Assembly: GCA_963555995.3 (NCBI GenBank)
Contig: OY821641.1
Span: forward strand, 1,984,001 to 2,048,000
Direction of reading: 5' to 3'
Origin: Vicinamibacteria bacterium
GTDB lineage: Bacteria; Acidobacteriota; Vicinamibacteria; Marinacidobacterales; Marinacidobacteraceae
DNA length: 64,000 bases
Below the pieces are notes generated by a model. The model saw only the letters and a program-made list of their open reading frames with translations, was not told the DNA's origin and made no database searches. The position numbers and the translations under genes are program-made. Of the stretch, positions 29,222 through 39,835 are shown piece by piece (the first letter of the stretch is position 1; every line of letters begins with the position of its first letter).

Positions 29222-29695
29222 ATGCTTACACATTGGAGATTCGCAGCCTTGGCGACGGCGGTCTTGCTATTGGCGACTGGAGCAAATAGAGCGGGGGCTC
29301 AGGACGCCGCTACGCAGGAGTTGGCTGAGGCTTTTGCTGAACTCAGCACATTCGGTCTTCAGGTTGAAGTCCAAGTTGATGAGACAAAAGCGGCGCCTTC
29401 TGTTCCAGTACCCGTGGCACCGCTACGGACGACCAGCGGCGCGTCTATCGCAGCAACGGAGAATCGGATGGAGAGTGCATTGGACAGGCTGGAAAACGCG
29501 GTTCGGACCGCGCTTTCCCGCAACGTTGAGCGCGTTCTCCAGACTGTTGTGGGCGGGATCCAAGAAGCCTGCCAAATTAATCTAACTGCCGACAACGAGG
29601 GATTTGAACTCGCGTCGGTCGCCATTTCCCTAGGCGCAGTCACTGCGACCTTTACCCCGTCCGCACAGTTCTGCGCGGACGTGTCGGGTGACTGA
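29222..29695 (+). CDS. Hypothetical secreted protein (lower GC)
   Basis: Signal peptide MLTHWRFAALATAVLLLATG..AGA/QD; two Cys; GGAG RBS. Confidence 0.6.
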   Translation: MLTHWRFAALATAVLLLATGANRAGAQDAATQELAEAFAELSTFGLQVEVQVDETKAAPSVPVPVAPLRTTSGASIAATENRMESALDRLENAVRTALSRNVERVLQTVVGGIQEACQINLTADNEGFELASVAISLGAVTATFTPSAQFCADVSGD

Positions 29696-29744
29696 GTGGA
29701 CAATAGGACAACCTCCGGCGGCTGACCCCCTGTGGCGACAAGCA

Positions 29745-31040
29745 GGCTCTGTCCGAATGTGGGTGACGGCCTGATCAGGCGGCGGCGCGGGTTTCGGTTT
29801 CGTCGGCCTGGATGCCGTCGGTGAATTTGACGCCGTGGATGACCCGGGGCAACTGCTCGTAGCCGCTGACGCGGCGCCAATTGGCGCTGGCCGCCGTCAC
29901 CAGCTTGAAGGCCATCGCCAACGCGGTCCGGTGGGACAGGCATCCCTTGCTGCGAACGGTGCTGTGGCGGACGGTGGCGAACATGCTCTCGATGGGGTTC
30001 GTGGTGCGGATGTGCTGCCAATGCTCGGCCGGGAAGTCGTAGAACGCGAGCAGCGCCTCCTGGTCCTTGGTCAGGCAACGAACGGCTTCCCCGTATTTCG
30101 CCCGGTATTTGGCGGCGAAGGTGTCGAGCGCCTTCTCCGCCTTCTTGCGGCTCTCCGCCATCCAGATCTGGTGGAGGTCCTGCTTCGCGTTGCGTTGCCG
30201 GGACTTGGGCAACTTGTTCAGCACGTTCGCCGTCCTGTGGACCCAGCAGCGCTGCCGTCGGGTCTTGGGGAAGACCTCGGCCAGCGCCTTCCGGAAGCCC
30301 AGCGCACCATCCCCGATCGCCAGCTCCGGGGAGACTTCGAGGCCGCGTCCACGCAGGTCCACCAGCAACTCGCGCCAGCTCTGAGCGCTCTCCCGGAACC
30401 CGGCCTGGAACCCCAAGAGTTCCTTCCTGCCCTCCGGGGTTGCGCCGATCAGCACCAGAACGCACTGCTTCTCGTCTTCGAGTCGGCCCTGGAGATAGAT
30501 CCCGTCTGCCCAGACGTAGACATACCGCCGACCCGCGAGATCCCGCCCCCGCCAGCGCTCGTGCTCCGCCTCCCATTCCGACTTCAGGCGGCCGATCACC
30601 CCCGGCGACAGCCCCGACGCCCCCGAGCCCAAAAGCTCCGACAGCGCCTCCCCGAAGTCCCCGCTCGAAACCCCCAGCAGATACAGCCTCGGCAGCGCCG
30701 CGTCCAGCGAGCGCGTCCGCCGCGCGAACCGCGGCAGGAGCCTCGAAGAGAACCGGATCCGATCCTCCCCGGCGCCCCCGCGGTCCCGGACCTTCGGCCG
30801 CCGCACCGGAACCGGTCCGATCCCCGTCAGGATCGTCCGCTCCGGGCCGTGGCCGTGACGCACCAGTCGCCGAACTCCCGTCGCCGTCCGATGATCCTCG
30901 TAGGCCAACAGCAGTGCAGCCACCTCCGCCACCGAAGACAGGCGGCGGGAACAACCTCCGCACGAGGGTGTCGTTCCCCCTGGGGTGGGCGTCCCTGCCG
31001 GGGCCGGTAACGAGAACTGGTGGACGCCGACACCCACCGG
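29745..31040 (-). mobile_element. IS256 family element (transposase ~29775-31037; 5' end appears degenerate)
   Basis: YVWADG, RES..SW, AIGDGALGF, QRCWVH and IRTTNPIES motifs; candidate terminus GGCTCTGTCCGAA at ~29745; no matching repeat seen at the other end. Confidence 0.92.
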
Positions 31041-31050
31041 CTGGCCGGAC

Positions 31051-31857
31051 TCAGTAGGGGAAGCGCGGATCGCGTTCGGGCTCTTGCGTCAAAGCTCTCT
31101 GTTCTTTGAGGAAGGCTCGCCGCTCTGCCGGTATGAGCGGTTCACGAACGAGGATGCGGCATGAGTTCGTGACCCGTTTCGACTGGAAGTTCTCCTGGCC
31201 TAGGTGCTCGATATCCGCGGCATCCGCGTCCTTAGCCAGGATCACGATCCGCGTGGCTGCAGGCTGATGCTGGGGACCGGCGGGAAACGCGCCGTAGGGC
31301 TTGTAACCCAACATGTGAGAGGAGAATGCCTGAGAGACGAAACATCGGACGATCGCCTTGACACCGCCAGACGGAACCTCCATGGGCACCAACAGGCGCG
31401 AGGATGTGCGCGTCGTCCTCCCCTGATCTTTGACATTCGCTTGGCCGGCGTTTCGTTTCACCTCCGAGCGATCTACAGTCTGTCCGATCTGGAGAGGGAT
31501 GAGGATCGGGCTACGCTGCGTTCGCGTGAAGGCCAGCGTGTACAGGAACCCCAACTCAGATAAGAACGTCATGACTACCGGCATGACGAGGGCCAGGAGA
31601 GCCAGTTTCGCTCCGTACTGCATTAGGACGTCGCCGGAAAACCCGGGCCAATCGATGAGTTTGAGTTCCCACTGTGTTCCTAGCGCAGCGAGGAGGGCCA
31701 GCAAAAGACCGATTCCTCCAGCACCGTAGCTGCGGCGGAAGTTGAACGCAGAAGCGCAAAGAAACAATCTCTTTGTGAAGTCTCCGACCGACTGGACGAA
31801 GTATCCAACCCCGGCCCACGCCACTACTATCAAGCTTGCAGCGACCAACCACGCCAT
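31051..31857 (-). CDS. Hypothetical membrane protein
   Basis: About 3 TM segments plus a soluble C-terminal domain; AAGGAGG RBS; lower GC. Confidence 0.6.
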   Translation of the reverse strand: MAWLVAASLIVVAWAGVGYFVQSVGDFTKRLFLCASAFNFRRSYGAGGIGLLLALLAALGTQWELKLIDWPGFSGDVLMQYGAKLALLALVMPVVMTFLSELGFLYTLAFTRTQRSPILIPLQIGQTVDRSEVKRNAGQANVKDQGRTTRTSSRLLVPMEVPSGGVKAIVRCFVSQAFSSHMLGYKPYGAFPAGPQHQPAATRIVILAKDADAADIEHLGQENFQSKRVTNSCRILVREPLIPAERRAFLKEQRALTQEPERDPRFPY

Positions 31858-32319
31858 TTCGCAGAACCTCCTTCGCCTTCTGATGTTGCTGACGGGAAAG
31901 CCTTAGGCATCATCCGGACCTGCAGGTCCATCCATCCAGGAGAGGCCGCCCGCCTGACCGCAGCGGTCAGGAGGGCGGCCACGAGACCAGGTCAAAGCCG
32001 CCCGAGGACTCTGAAGCAACCGGGATCAACTTGTGGGTAGATCAAGCATTTCCCGGAGAAAGTTGTCTCTTCGCTGTTTCGCCTCGCGGCAGTTCTCTTC
32101 GGCCTCTAGAACGTCTCGTTTGGCCTTTAGAACTCTTCGTTCCGCATTCTGGACACTCCGGTCCAATCTCTTGAGTTCCAGTTCATCTTGCCGTTCATTG
32201 ACATCGTCGTTCACTGACGCTGGTCCTCCTTGTGAGACGTGGTGTAGCAGGACGGCTTGGAACCATACGCGAGCCCACGCCTGCTCCGCAACATACGCGT
32301 GCCGCCAGTGGCACGTTAC

Positions 32320-32622
32320 CATGCGGATTCTTGGCCGGGCAGGTTACCGTCATTCCACACGTGGCTCGGTCCTTGGTGGCGAACGTGTCCATCGCCGCGT
32401 CCGCCTCCATCCGGCTCGCCTCCACCCGGATTGCGTGCAGGTCCTGCTGGGCGTTGTGCAGCCGGAAGACGGGCAATGCGCGCACCACGGTCGAGACATT
32501 CTGGACCCAGAAGCGCCGGCGACGCGTCTTCGGGAGGGCCACACAGCGCTGCTCCGAAACCGAAAGCCCGTCCCCGACCGCCAACTCCGGGGAGACCTCG
32601 AGGCCGCGCTCACGCAGGTCCA
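32320..32622 (-). pseudogene. Degenerate IS256 transposase fragment
   Basis: LPKTRRRRFWVQ...AQQDLHAI...AMDTFATKDRA aligns with FPKTRRQRCWVH...AKQDLHQI...ALDTFAAKYRA; DNA 32571-32621 resembles 30311-30361. Confidence 0.8.
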
Positions 32623-32629
32623 GCCAGCC

Positions 32630-33303
32630 AGCACATCGGCGGGAAGGCGCCGGTCCTGCTGGTGCTGGCGGGGACCCCGGACCTCGAGGACCGGATTGAC
32701 CAGATGCGGGTGAGTTTCTGGGACCGGGCCGCGAAGCTGCGCATCGGGCGGCTCTCGGAGGAGGCGTCCGGGGAGGCGATCCGGGAACCGCTGAGCCGCG
32801 ACGGAATCACCATCAGCGACGACGCGCTGGCAAAAGCCTACCGGGACCACGACGGCTATCCGTTCTTCGTCCAGCACTGGGGTCAGGAACTGTGGCGGCG
32901 TGCGAAGGACCGCGCCGCGGTGACCGCGGAGGATGTGGCCGAAGCGCGGGACGCCGTGGACTCGGTGCGCAGAGCCTTCTACGAGAAGCGACGCCGGGAA
33001 ATGAAGAAGGCGGGGTTGCTCGGAGTCGCCCGGACAGTGGCCGAAGCGTTCCGGGCGCCGCCAGGAGCGGGGGACGTGGAGCGATTCCGGACCCGCGCCT
33101 CTGTCCCGGAAGGGGACGTGGACGCCGCGATACGGCGGGGGCTCGGCGCGGGGTGCACGGCGGAGCAGGCCGAGGAGGCGGAGGTGACGTTGCGCCACCT
33201 CGGATACATCTGGCCCTCCGGCCCCCTACCCTCTTGGGAGCCGGGAATCCCCAGCCTCATGGCCTACATGTGGAGCGTCGGCTCGCCGGAGCTTCGAGAG
33301 TGA
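32630..33303 (+). pseudogene. C-terminal remnant of an AAA/P-loop ATPase
   Basis: LLVLAGTPDL...IGRLS...GYPFFVQHWG...PGIPSL; no Walker A, 5' part replaced by the IS256 relic. Confidence 0.65.
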
Positions 33304-33801
33304 ACCGGCGGCCGCGGTAGCGCTCCGCATCCATCGCCGACCGCGTACACGGACTCGGCCGTGGAGGTGACGTTTCGTAGTCTCCGACGGGGACCGTCAC
33401 AGGAGCGAGCAGCGATCGGAGGTTCGCTCTCCTGCGGAGAGCGGTGCCGGTGTGAACACCGGCGCTCCCGGGCCCGCGTTACGCCGCGAGACAGGCCCCG
33501 CGCATGTCGCAGCGAATCCGGCGGCCCCGTCGGGAGAGAAACCCATCGTCACCTCCCCGCGTGACGCGATCCCGGCCAGGCCCCGCGCCCGAAGACCTGG
33601 AACTCCCACGAGTCAGCGGCGGATCCCGAAGTTCCCGGTTCGGCGTCTTCCGCGTCGCGGTCGCCGCCGGGCGGGCGTTCCGGCTCGTCTTCCCCGGCGA
33701 CCGGACCCACCAGCAGGATGCCGACAACGACCGTCAGGATCGAGAGACGCAGCATCGTTTCCCTCCGGGGGGCTCCACCGGAACCCAACCGGAAAACCGG
33801 A

Positions 33802-34221
33802 CTATACGCGCGGCGTCTCGCGCCAGTCTTCGACCGTCAGGCCCGGGACGCGGCGGAACTCCCGGACGTTGCCGGTTACGAGCGTGGCGTCCAGCGCTCG
33901 CGCATGAGCTGCGATCCAGAGGTCGTTCTGCCCGATCGGCTGTCCGCTCCGCTCCAGGGCGGTCCGGATCTCGCCGTAGTGCCGGTCCACGGGTTCCGCC
34001 GGCGCCAGCACGTCCATCGCCGACAGGACCGCTTCGACCTGCCGGGTCAGCCGCTCCGATCCGCGTCGTTGGACGCCGTAACGAAGCTCCCCCGCGACCA
34101 CCACACTGATCGCCAGGCTGCCGGAAGGCAGGGCGCCCACGCGCCGCGCCAGGTCTCCGTCGGGACGACGGACCAGGGCGGAAACCACGTTGGTGTCCAG
34201 CATGTACCGGGGACGCGCCAC
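33802..34221 (-). CDS. vapC: VapC family PIN toxin
   Basis: YMLDTN, PIGQNDLWIAAHA, LVTGNVREFRRVPGL.VEDW. Confidence 0.95.
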   Translation of the reverse strand: MARPRYMLDTNVVSALVRRPDGDLARRVGALPSGSLAISVVVAGELRYGVQRRGSERLTRQVEAVLSAMDVLAPAEPVDRHYGEIRTALERSGQPIGQNDLWIAAHARALDATLVTGNVREFRRVPGLTVEDWRETPRV

Positions 34222-34222
34222 G

Positions 34223-34489
34223 CTAGAAGATCTCTTCCGGTTCGGCGAGCGGGTCTTCGATGGACCCGAAGTCCACTTCCAGAGGGACCAGCCCGGCGAG
34301 GACTTCGGCGAGCGACGGGGACCGTTCGACAGGCTCGATCACCAGCCGGTTTTCCTCTCGGTAGATGGTGACGGAGTCCGCGGCGATCTCGAACTCCCGT
34401 GGAATGCGAACCGCCTGATTCCGGCCGTTGCGGAACAGACGCGCCCGTCGGCCGGGTCGCGATGGCTCGGGCGGGTCTATCGGGCGCAT
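34223..34489 (-). CDS. vapB: VapB/VagC (AbrB-fold) antitoxin
   Basis: ARLFRNGRNQAVRIPREFE. Confidence 0.92.
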   Translation of the reverse strand: MRPIDPPEPSRPGRRARLFRNGRNQAVRIPREFEIAADSVTIYREENRLVIEPVERSPSLAEVLAGLVPLEVDFGSIEDPLAEPEEIF

Positions 34490-34563
34490 ATGCCCAGCAT
34501 AGGCCCATCGTCTTGACTCCGTCAAACACCACCGCGCACGATGCGCCGCTTCCGTCCACTCGT

Positions 34564-34582
34564 TTGATGTTTAGAGCATCAA
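34564..34582. promoter_or_regulatory. Palindromic operator between divergent vapBC operons
   Basis: TTGATG-N7-CATCAA with further GATG/CATC half-sites nearby. Confidence 0.55.
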
Positions 34583-34605
34583 CTAGGAGCATCCGTTATG
34601 ATGCG

Positions 34606-34878
34606 ATGATGCGTACTACATTGACGATTGACGAAGACCTCGCGATCCAGATCGAGGAGCGCCGGAAGAGCGAGGGCCATTCCCTGAAGCAGGTGATCAA
34701 CACGCTGCTCCGGGAGGGACTGCGCGGCGATCCGCAGCCGACCGCACCGCGCCCATATCGCACGAGGACGTTCGCTCTCCGGCTCCGGAGCGGGGTGGAC
34801 CCGATGAAGTTCAACCAACTGGCGGACGAACTCGAAACCGAGGCGTACCGGGATCGGGAACGGACGCGACGTTCATGA
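34606..34878 (+). CDS. RHH-type VapB antitoxin
   Basis: MRTTLTIDEDL...SLKQVINTLLREGL. Confidence 0.88.
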   Translation: MMRTTLTIDEDLAIQIEERRKSEGHSLKQVINTLLREGLRGDPQPTAPRPYRTRTFALRLRSGVDPMKFNQLADELETEAYRDRERTRRS

Positions 34879-35309
34879 TCCTGCCCGATGTCAATCTGCT
34901 GATCTACGCGGTGGACGAGACCAGCGCCCTCCACGGCGCCGGGCGGCGTTGGTGGGACGAAACCCTTTCGTCGCCGCTACCGGTCGGGCTCTGTTATCCG
35001 AGCGTGCTGGGATTCGTCCGAATCACCACCAGCCGGCAGATCCTGGAGTCGCCGCTTGACGTCGGCACCGCGGTCGCCCTGGTGGAGAGCTGGCTGGCGC
35101 AGCCCCAGACGACCCTCCTCGCGCCGACGAGCCGACACTGGGACATCGTTTCCGAGCTGCTTCGGGTGACGGGGGTGGGCGGCAACCTGACCTCCGACGC
35201 CGACATTGCCGCCTACGCGATCGAGCACGGCGGCACGCTGTATTCGAACGACGGCGATTTCGCCCGCTTCCCGGGGCTGCGCTGGAAAAACCCGCTGGCC
35301 GCCCGCTGA
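34875..35309 (+). CDS. vapC: VapC PIN toxin (mycobacterial type)
   Basis: MILPDVNLLIYA, GNLTSDA.IAA.AIEHG, SNDGDFARFPGLRWKNPL; ATGA overlap with the antitoxin. Confidence 0.93.
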   Translation: MILPDVNLLIYAVDETSALHGAGRRWWDETLSSPLPVGLCYPSVLGFVRITTSRQILESPLDVGTAVALVESWLAQPQTTLLAPTSRHWDIVSELLRVTGVGGNLTSDADIAAYAIEHGGTLYSNDGDFARFPGLRWKNPLAAR

Positions 35310-35453
35310 ACCGCGACCCGACCCGCTCAGTTCCAGAGGCCGATGTCCGACGGGCCGAAAATGGTGGGAGTCAGGCTATTCGTGAAGGGTTCGGTGACGA
35401 TTCACGACGACACTCGTCGCCCCGGCGGCAGATCCCCCCGCCCGCGGACCCGG

Positions 35454-35696
35454 TCAGGCGGACCCGGTGAAACGGAGAGCGGCGAACAACAGTCCGGCCA
35501 ACGCCAGACCGTAGAGCATCAGGCGCTTCTCAAGCGCTGCGATCACCGCCTTGAACTCGGTCCTGAAATAGCTCTTCGTCACCAATTCCGTCTTTGATCT
35601 GGCGATGGCGACGGTGATCGCCACTGCGGCCGGTTGGTCCAACCCCGCCGCAGTCAACTCCCGGACCGTCGCGTGGGTATCCAGCGTGTAAGCCAT
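35454..35696 (-). CDS. DUF1640/CCDC90-like small protein
   Basis: DTH..VREL..AG...LVTK, short coiled coil, C-terminal TM helix. Confidence 0.75.
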   Translation of the reverse strand: MAYTLDTHATVRELTAAGLDQPAAVAITVAIARSKTELVTKSYFRTEFKAVIAALEKRLMLYGLALAGLLFAALRFTGSA

Positions 35697-35769
35697 GTCT
35701 GGTCGCTGCTGCTGCGTCGTGGTTGAGTCTACCTGCCCGGCGCCCGCCGACGGTGGCGACCCGACCCCA

Positions 35770-36765
35770 TCAGTTCCCGAGGCCGATGTCCAACGAGATC
35801 AGGAAGATGGTGGGCTTGACGCTGGTCCCGTAGCGGACTTCGAAACTGCCGAGTTCCTCCAGCAGCGGACCCTCGAGGTCGGCGAAGCGAACGGTCAGGT
35901 CGGTCGTCAGCGCCGGCGAGACGATGATGTCCGCCCGGGGGCGGAGCAGGATGCGGCCGACCCGGAACGCGACGCCGAGCGAACCGGCGTACGCCACCGT
36001 GTTCCGGTCGGCCGTGAACTCCACCTCGGGGACGAACTCCGCGGGCAGGTCCGGGGGAAGGTCCTGCAGGAACTGGTCCCGCGCGTCCTGGACGGCAGTG
36101 CCCGAGAGGAGGCGGTCGGTGCTCGAATCGGTCACGCGCAACCACCCCGCGCCGAGGCCGACGAAGAGTTCGGCCCTGCCTCCCGACAGCCGGAAGTTGC
36201 GGACCACCTGTCCCACCATCACCCCCGCCCGGGAGCCGACAAAGGGCAGGTCGAGCAGACCGGGCCCGTCGCCGGATCCCGTGTCGTCGGCGATCAGCCA
36301 CGTCGGGGAGAGCGCGAGGCTCTCCAGGCGGGTGTACGTCCCTTCGACTCCCCAGTCGCCCGACATGACGCGGAAACCACCGCCCCAGCCCGCTTCCGAG
36401 ACGAGCCGGGAGGCGGTCAGGGTCTCCCCCTCCGTGTTCGGCCCGAGGGAGAGCGCGAACGAGTCCTCCGCGGAGACGCTCAGCAGGGAGAGGGCGCCGC
36501 GGCCGAACAGTTCGGCGCGCATTCCGGGCGAGGTGGAGAAGCCCTGGGCGGCGGCGGCCGCCGCCGACCGGACCGCACCGGTCGCCGGGCGCGGCGCAGG
36601 TTCGGTCTCTACCTGCGCCCGGGCGACGGGCTCCTCGCGCACGTGTTCCGCGTCCCGCCGGTCGGTCTTCGCCGGTCGGTCTTCGGCCTGTCCGGCCATC
36701 GCGGGAGCGCCGCCGAGGAGCAGGAGCGCCGCCACCAGGGCGGCTCGGGTTCTGCCGGTCGTCAT
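35770..36765 (-). CDS. Putative outer-membrane beta-barrel protein
   Basis: Signal peptide; alternating beta-strands (WGGGFRV, WGVEGTY, FVGLGAGW). Confidence 0.65.
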   Translation of the reverse strand: MTTGRTRAALVAALLLLGGAPAMAGQAEDRPAKTDRRDAEHVREEPVARAQVETEPAPRPATGAVRSAAAAAAQGFSTSPGMRAELFGRGALSLLSVSAEDSFALSLGPNTEGETLTASRLVSEAGWGGGFRVMSGDWGVEGTYTRLESLALSPTWLIADDTGSGDGPGLLDLPFVGSRAGVMVGQVVRNFRLSGGRAELFVGLGAGWLRVTDSSTDRLLSGTAVQDARDQFLQDLPPDLPAEFVPEVEFTADRNTVAYAGSLGVAFRVGRILLRPRADIIVSPALTTDLTVRFADLEGPLLEELGSFEVRYGTSVKPTIFLISLDIGLGN

Positions 36766-36875
36766 ACGCTCACTGTAACGCGCCGGCCCGCCCGGAAGAC
36801 CGGGCGGAAGCGCCCCGTTCGCCGGGTACACTCGAAACCCGGTCCGCCCGCCCGGCGGCCGAGGAGGTCCCCGTG

Positions 36876-38315
36876 ATGCGATGTACCCGCGCGCTGTTCT
36901 TCGTCCTGCTGCCCGCGCTCTGGACGCCCGCGCCCGCCGCCGCCCAGGACGGGGACGCGGACGCTGTCATCACCCGGTTCCTGAACGCCCAGCGCACCGA
37001 CTTCGAGGAGGTCGCGCTCCGCATCTGGGACTGGGCGGAGGTCGGCTACCAGGAGGAGCAGAGTTCCGGGCTCCTCCAGGAACAGCTCACCGCCGGCGGC
37101 TTCTCGGTGGAGGCCGGGGTGGCCGGGATGCCGACCGGGTTCGTCGGCGAGTGGGGTTCGGAGGGACCGGTCATCGGCATCCTCGCCGAGTTCGACGCCC
37201 TGCCCGGGATCAGCCAGGCGGCGGTTCCGGAACCGCAGGAGCGGGAGGGCGTGGGCGCGGGGCACGCCTGCGGACACCACCTGTTCGGGACCGCTTCGGT
37301 GGCGGCCGGGCTGGCGGTCAGGGACTGGCTCGAACGGTCGGGGACGCCGGGGCGCATCCGGGTCTATGGGACTCCAGCCGAGGAGGGCGGCGCGGGGAAG
37401 GTGTACATGGTGCGGGAGGGTCTCTTCTCCGACGTGGACGCGATGCTGGCGTGGCATCCCGGCGACCGGAACGACGCCAGTCCGGGGGATTCGCTCGCCA
37501 ACCTCTCCGCCAAGTTCCGTTTCCGGGGGCTGTCGGCCCACGCCGCCGGCGCTCCGGAACAGGGACGCTCGGCGCTCGACGGGGTGGAGGCCATGAACTT
37601 CATGGTGAACCTGATGCGCGAGCACGTCCACGAGCGGAGCCGGATCCACTACGTGATCACCCGCGGCGGCGAGGCGCCGAACGTGGTCCCCAACTTCGCC
37701 GAGGTCTATTACTACAACCGGCATCCGTCGGTGGAGACGGCCCGCGCCAACTGGGAGCGCATCCTGAAGATCGCGGACGCCGCCGCGCTCGGGACCGGCA
37801 CCACCGTCGAGCACGAGATCATCCACGGGCTCTACAACCTGCTCCCGAACGAGCACATCGGCCGGCTGCTCTACGAGAACATGAAGGCGATCGGCGGCTT
37901 CGCCTACACCGAGGAGGAGCTCGCCTTCGCCGAGGAGATCCAGAAGCACCTGCTCAGTCCGCGTCCCATCGGCTCGCAGGAGGAGGTGATGGAGTGGCGG
38001 CGGACCCCGGCGGGGGGCTCCACCGACGTGGCCGACGTGAGCTGGGTGGTCCCGACCGCGCAGTTCCGGACCGCCACCTGGGTGCCCGGGACTCCGGCGC
38101 ACAGTTGGATGGCGGTGGCGTGCGGCGCCACGAGCATCGGCATGAAGGGCATGCACCTCGCGGCGCAGGTGCTGGCGCGCACGGGGGCCGATCTGTTCGA
38201 GGACCCGTCGCACCTGACCGCCGCGCTCGCCGAGCTCAACGCCGCGCGGGGGCCGGACTTCGTGTACCAGCCGCTGGTCGGGGACCGGCCGCCGCCGCTG
38301 GACTACCGGCGGTAA
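36876..38315 (+). CDS. M20 amidohydrolase (AbgB-like), secreted
   Basis: AEFDALPG, GHACGHHLFG, GTPAEEGG, WHP, GGSTDV, PAHSW. Confidence 0.92.
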   Translation: MRCTRALFFVLLPALWTPAPAAAQDGDADAVITRFLNAQRTDFEEVALRIWDWAEVGYQEEQSSGLLQEQLTAGGFSVEAGVAGMPTGFVGEWGSEGPVIGILAEFDALPGISQAAVPEPQEREGVGAGHACGHHLFGTASVAAGLAVRDWLERSGTPGRIRVYGTPAEEGGAGKVYMVREGLFSDVDAMLAWHPGDRNDASPGDSLANLSAKFRFRGLSAHAAGAPEQGRSALDGVEAMNFMVNLMREHVHERSRIHYVITRGGEAPNVVPNFAEVYYYNRHPSVETARANWERILKIADAAALGTGTTVEHEIIHGLYNLLPNEHIGRLLYENMKAIGGFAYTEEELAFAEEIQKHLLSPRPIGSQEEVMEWRRTPAGGSTDVADVSWVVPTAQFRTATWVPGTPAHSWMAVACGATSIGMKGMHLAAQVLARTGADLFEDPSHLTAALAELNAARGPDFVYQPLVGDRPPPLDYRR

Positions 38316-38446
38316 GTCACCGCCATCTGCGCGAGTCGCGCCGCGCGCTCCGCCCGCCTCCGGCGGGCTGTGCCGGTCTGAAGACCGGCGCTCCCGGCCG
38401 TGTCGGCGTTTCTGCCATACTCGCAGGTTCCGCGGAGGATCTGTCC

Positions 38447-39835
38447 ATGGCCAACCAGACAAGAAAGTCCCGATTTCTCCCCGCCCTCGTGGCCGGCGCC
38501 CTGACCGCCGGGCTCGCGGCGGAGACGGTCGCGCAGGACCGCCTCACCATGGCGCTGACGGGCGATTCGATCATCACCCGCAAACTGAGCGTGTACGAGG
38601 AGCCGGAGTTCCTGGCGATGATTGATCTGCTGCGGGGCGCCGACCTGGCGTTCACCAACGTGGAGATCCTCTTCCACGACTGGGAGTCCTATCCCATGAG
38701 TTCGAGCGGCGGGACCTACATGCGCGCCCAGCCGGAACTGGTGCAGGAGTTCGTGTGGGCCGGCATCGACATCGGGTCGCTGGCCAACAACCACTCCGGG
38801 GACTACGGGCCGCCCGCGATGCTCCTCACCGAGAAGTACATCCGGGAAGCGGGCATCGTCGCCGCGGGGATCGGCCGCAGCCTCGCCGAGGCCCGGGAGG
38901 CCAAGTTCATCGAGACGAAGGACGGCCGGGTCGCCGTGATCTCCCTCGCCTCGACCTATCCCGACCACTCGGTGGCCGGGAAGTCGCGCGACGACATCCC
39001 CGCGCGTCCGGGCCTGAATCCCCTCCGCTTCCGCACCACCTACGAGGTCACGAGGGACCAGCTCGAGGGCGTCCGCGCCACCATGCGCGACCTCAAGATG
39101 AACCCGCCGGCGTCCGGGGACAGCCTGAGCTTCCTCCGCAACCGGTTCGAGCTCGCCGACGCGCCCGGCGTCCGCACCGAGCCGCACCCCGAGGACATGG
39201 CGGAGATCGCCATGATCGTCAGCAACGCCCGCCGCCAGGCGGACCACGTGATGGTGACCATCCACGCCCACGAGGGCGCGCCGGGGCCCAACAGCCGCAT
39301 GGAGCCCGCCCAGTTCCTGGTCACCTTCGCGCGGGCGATGGTGGACGCCGGCGCCTCGGTGTTCGTGGGACACGGGCCGCACGCGCTCCGCGCCATCGAG
39401 ATCTACAAGGGCGCGCCGATCCTCTACAGCCTCGGCGACTTCATCTTCCAGAACGAGACGCTCCAGCGGTTGCCGTACGAGAACTACTACCGGCTCGGGC
39501 TCGACGAGAGCGACGGCCTCGCGGACTTCAACGAGGCCCGCTACAACAACGACACCACCGGGTTCCCCGCCATCCCCGAGATCTGGGAGGCGGTCATCGC
39601 GGTACCCGAGTGGAGCGGACAACAGCTCGTCGAGTTGACGCTCCACCCGATCACCCTCGGCTTCGGCCAGCCCCGCCACGTCCGCGGCCGGCCGATGTTC
39701 GCCGAGGGCGAGCTCGCCGACAAGATCCTGCAGGACCTGGTGCGGCTCTCGGAGCCCTACGGCACCCAGTTCGACATCGAGGGCGGCGTGGCGCGGGTGG
39801 TGCTGCCGACGGAAACGACGGACGCCCAGCAGTAA
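38447..39835 (+). CDS. CapA/PGA_cap family metallophosphoesterase-fold protein
   Basis: LTGD, NVE, LANNHSGDYG, IHAHE, VGHGPH, YSLGDF; signal peptide. Confidence 0.9.
   Translation: MANQTRKSRFLPALVAGALTAGLAAETVAQDRLTMALTGDSIITRKLSVYEEPEFLAMIDLLRGADLAFTNVEILFHDWESYPMSSSGGTYMRAQPELVQEFVWAGIDIGSLANNHSGDYGPPAMLLTEKYIREAGIVAAGIGRSLAEAREAKFIETKDGRVAVISLASTYPDHSVAGKSRDDIPARPGLNPLRFRTTYEVTRDQLEGVRATMRDLKMNPPASGDSLSFLRNRFELADAPGVRTEPHPEDMAEIAMIVSNARRQADHVMVTIHAHEGAPGPNSRMEPAQFLVTFARAMVDAGASVFVGHGPHALRAIEIYKGAPILYSLGDFIFQNETLQRLPYENYYRLGLDESDGLADFNEARYNNDTTGFPAIPEIWEAVIAVPEWSGQQLVELTLHPITLGFGQPRHVRGRPMFAEGELADKILQDLVRLSEPYGTQFDIEGGVARVVLPTETTDAQQ

Noticed and set aside
33361-33788. Small secreted ORF (MLRLSILTVVVG...FQVFGRGAW), possibly a remnant related to 35770-36765
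   Set aside because: Similarity is limited to a signal peptide and FGRGA, which is too little to call.
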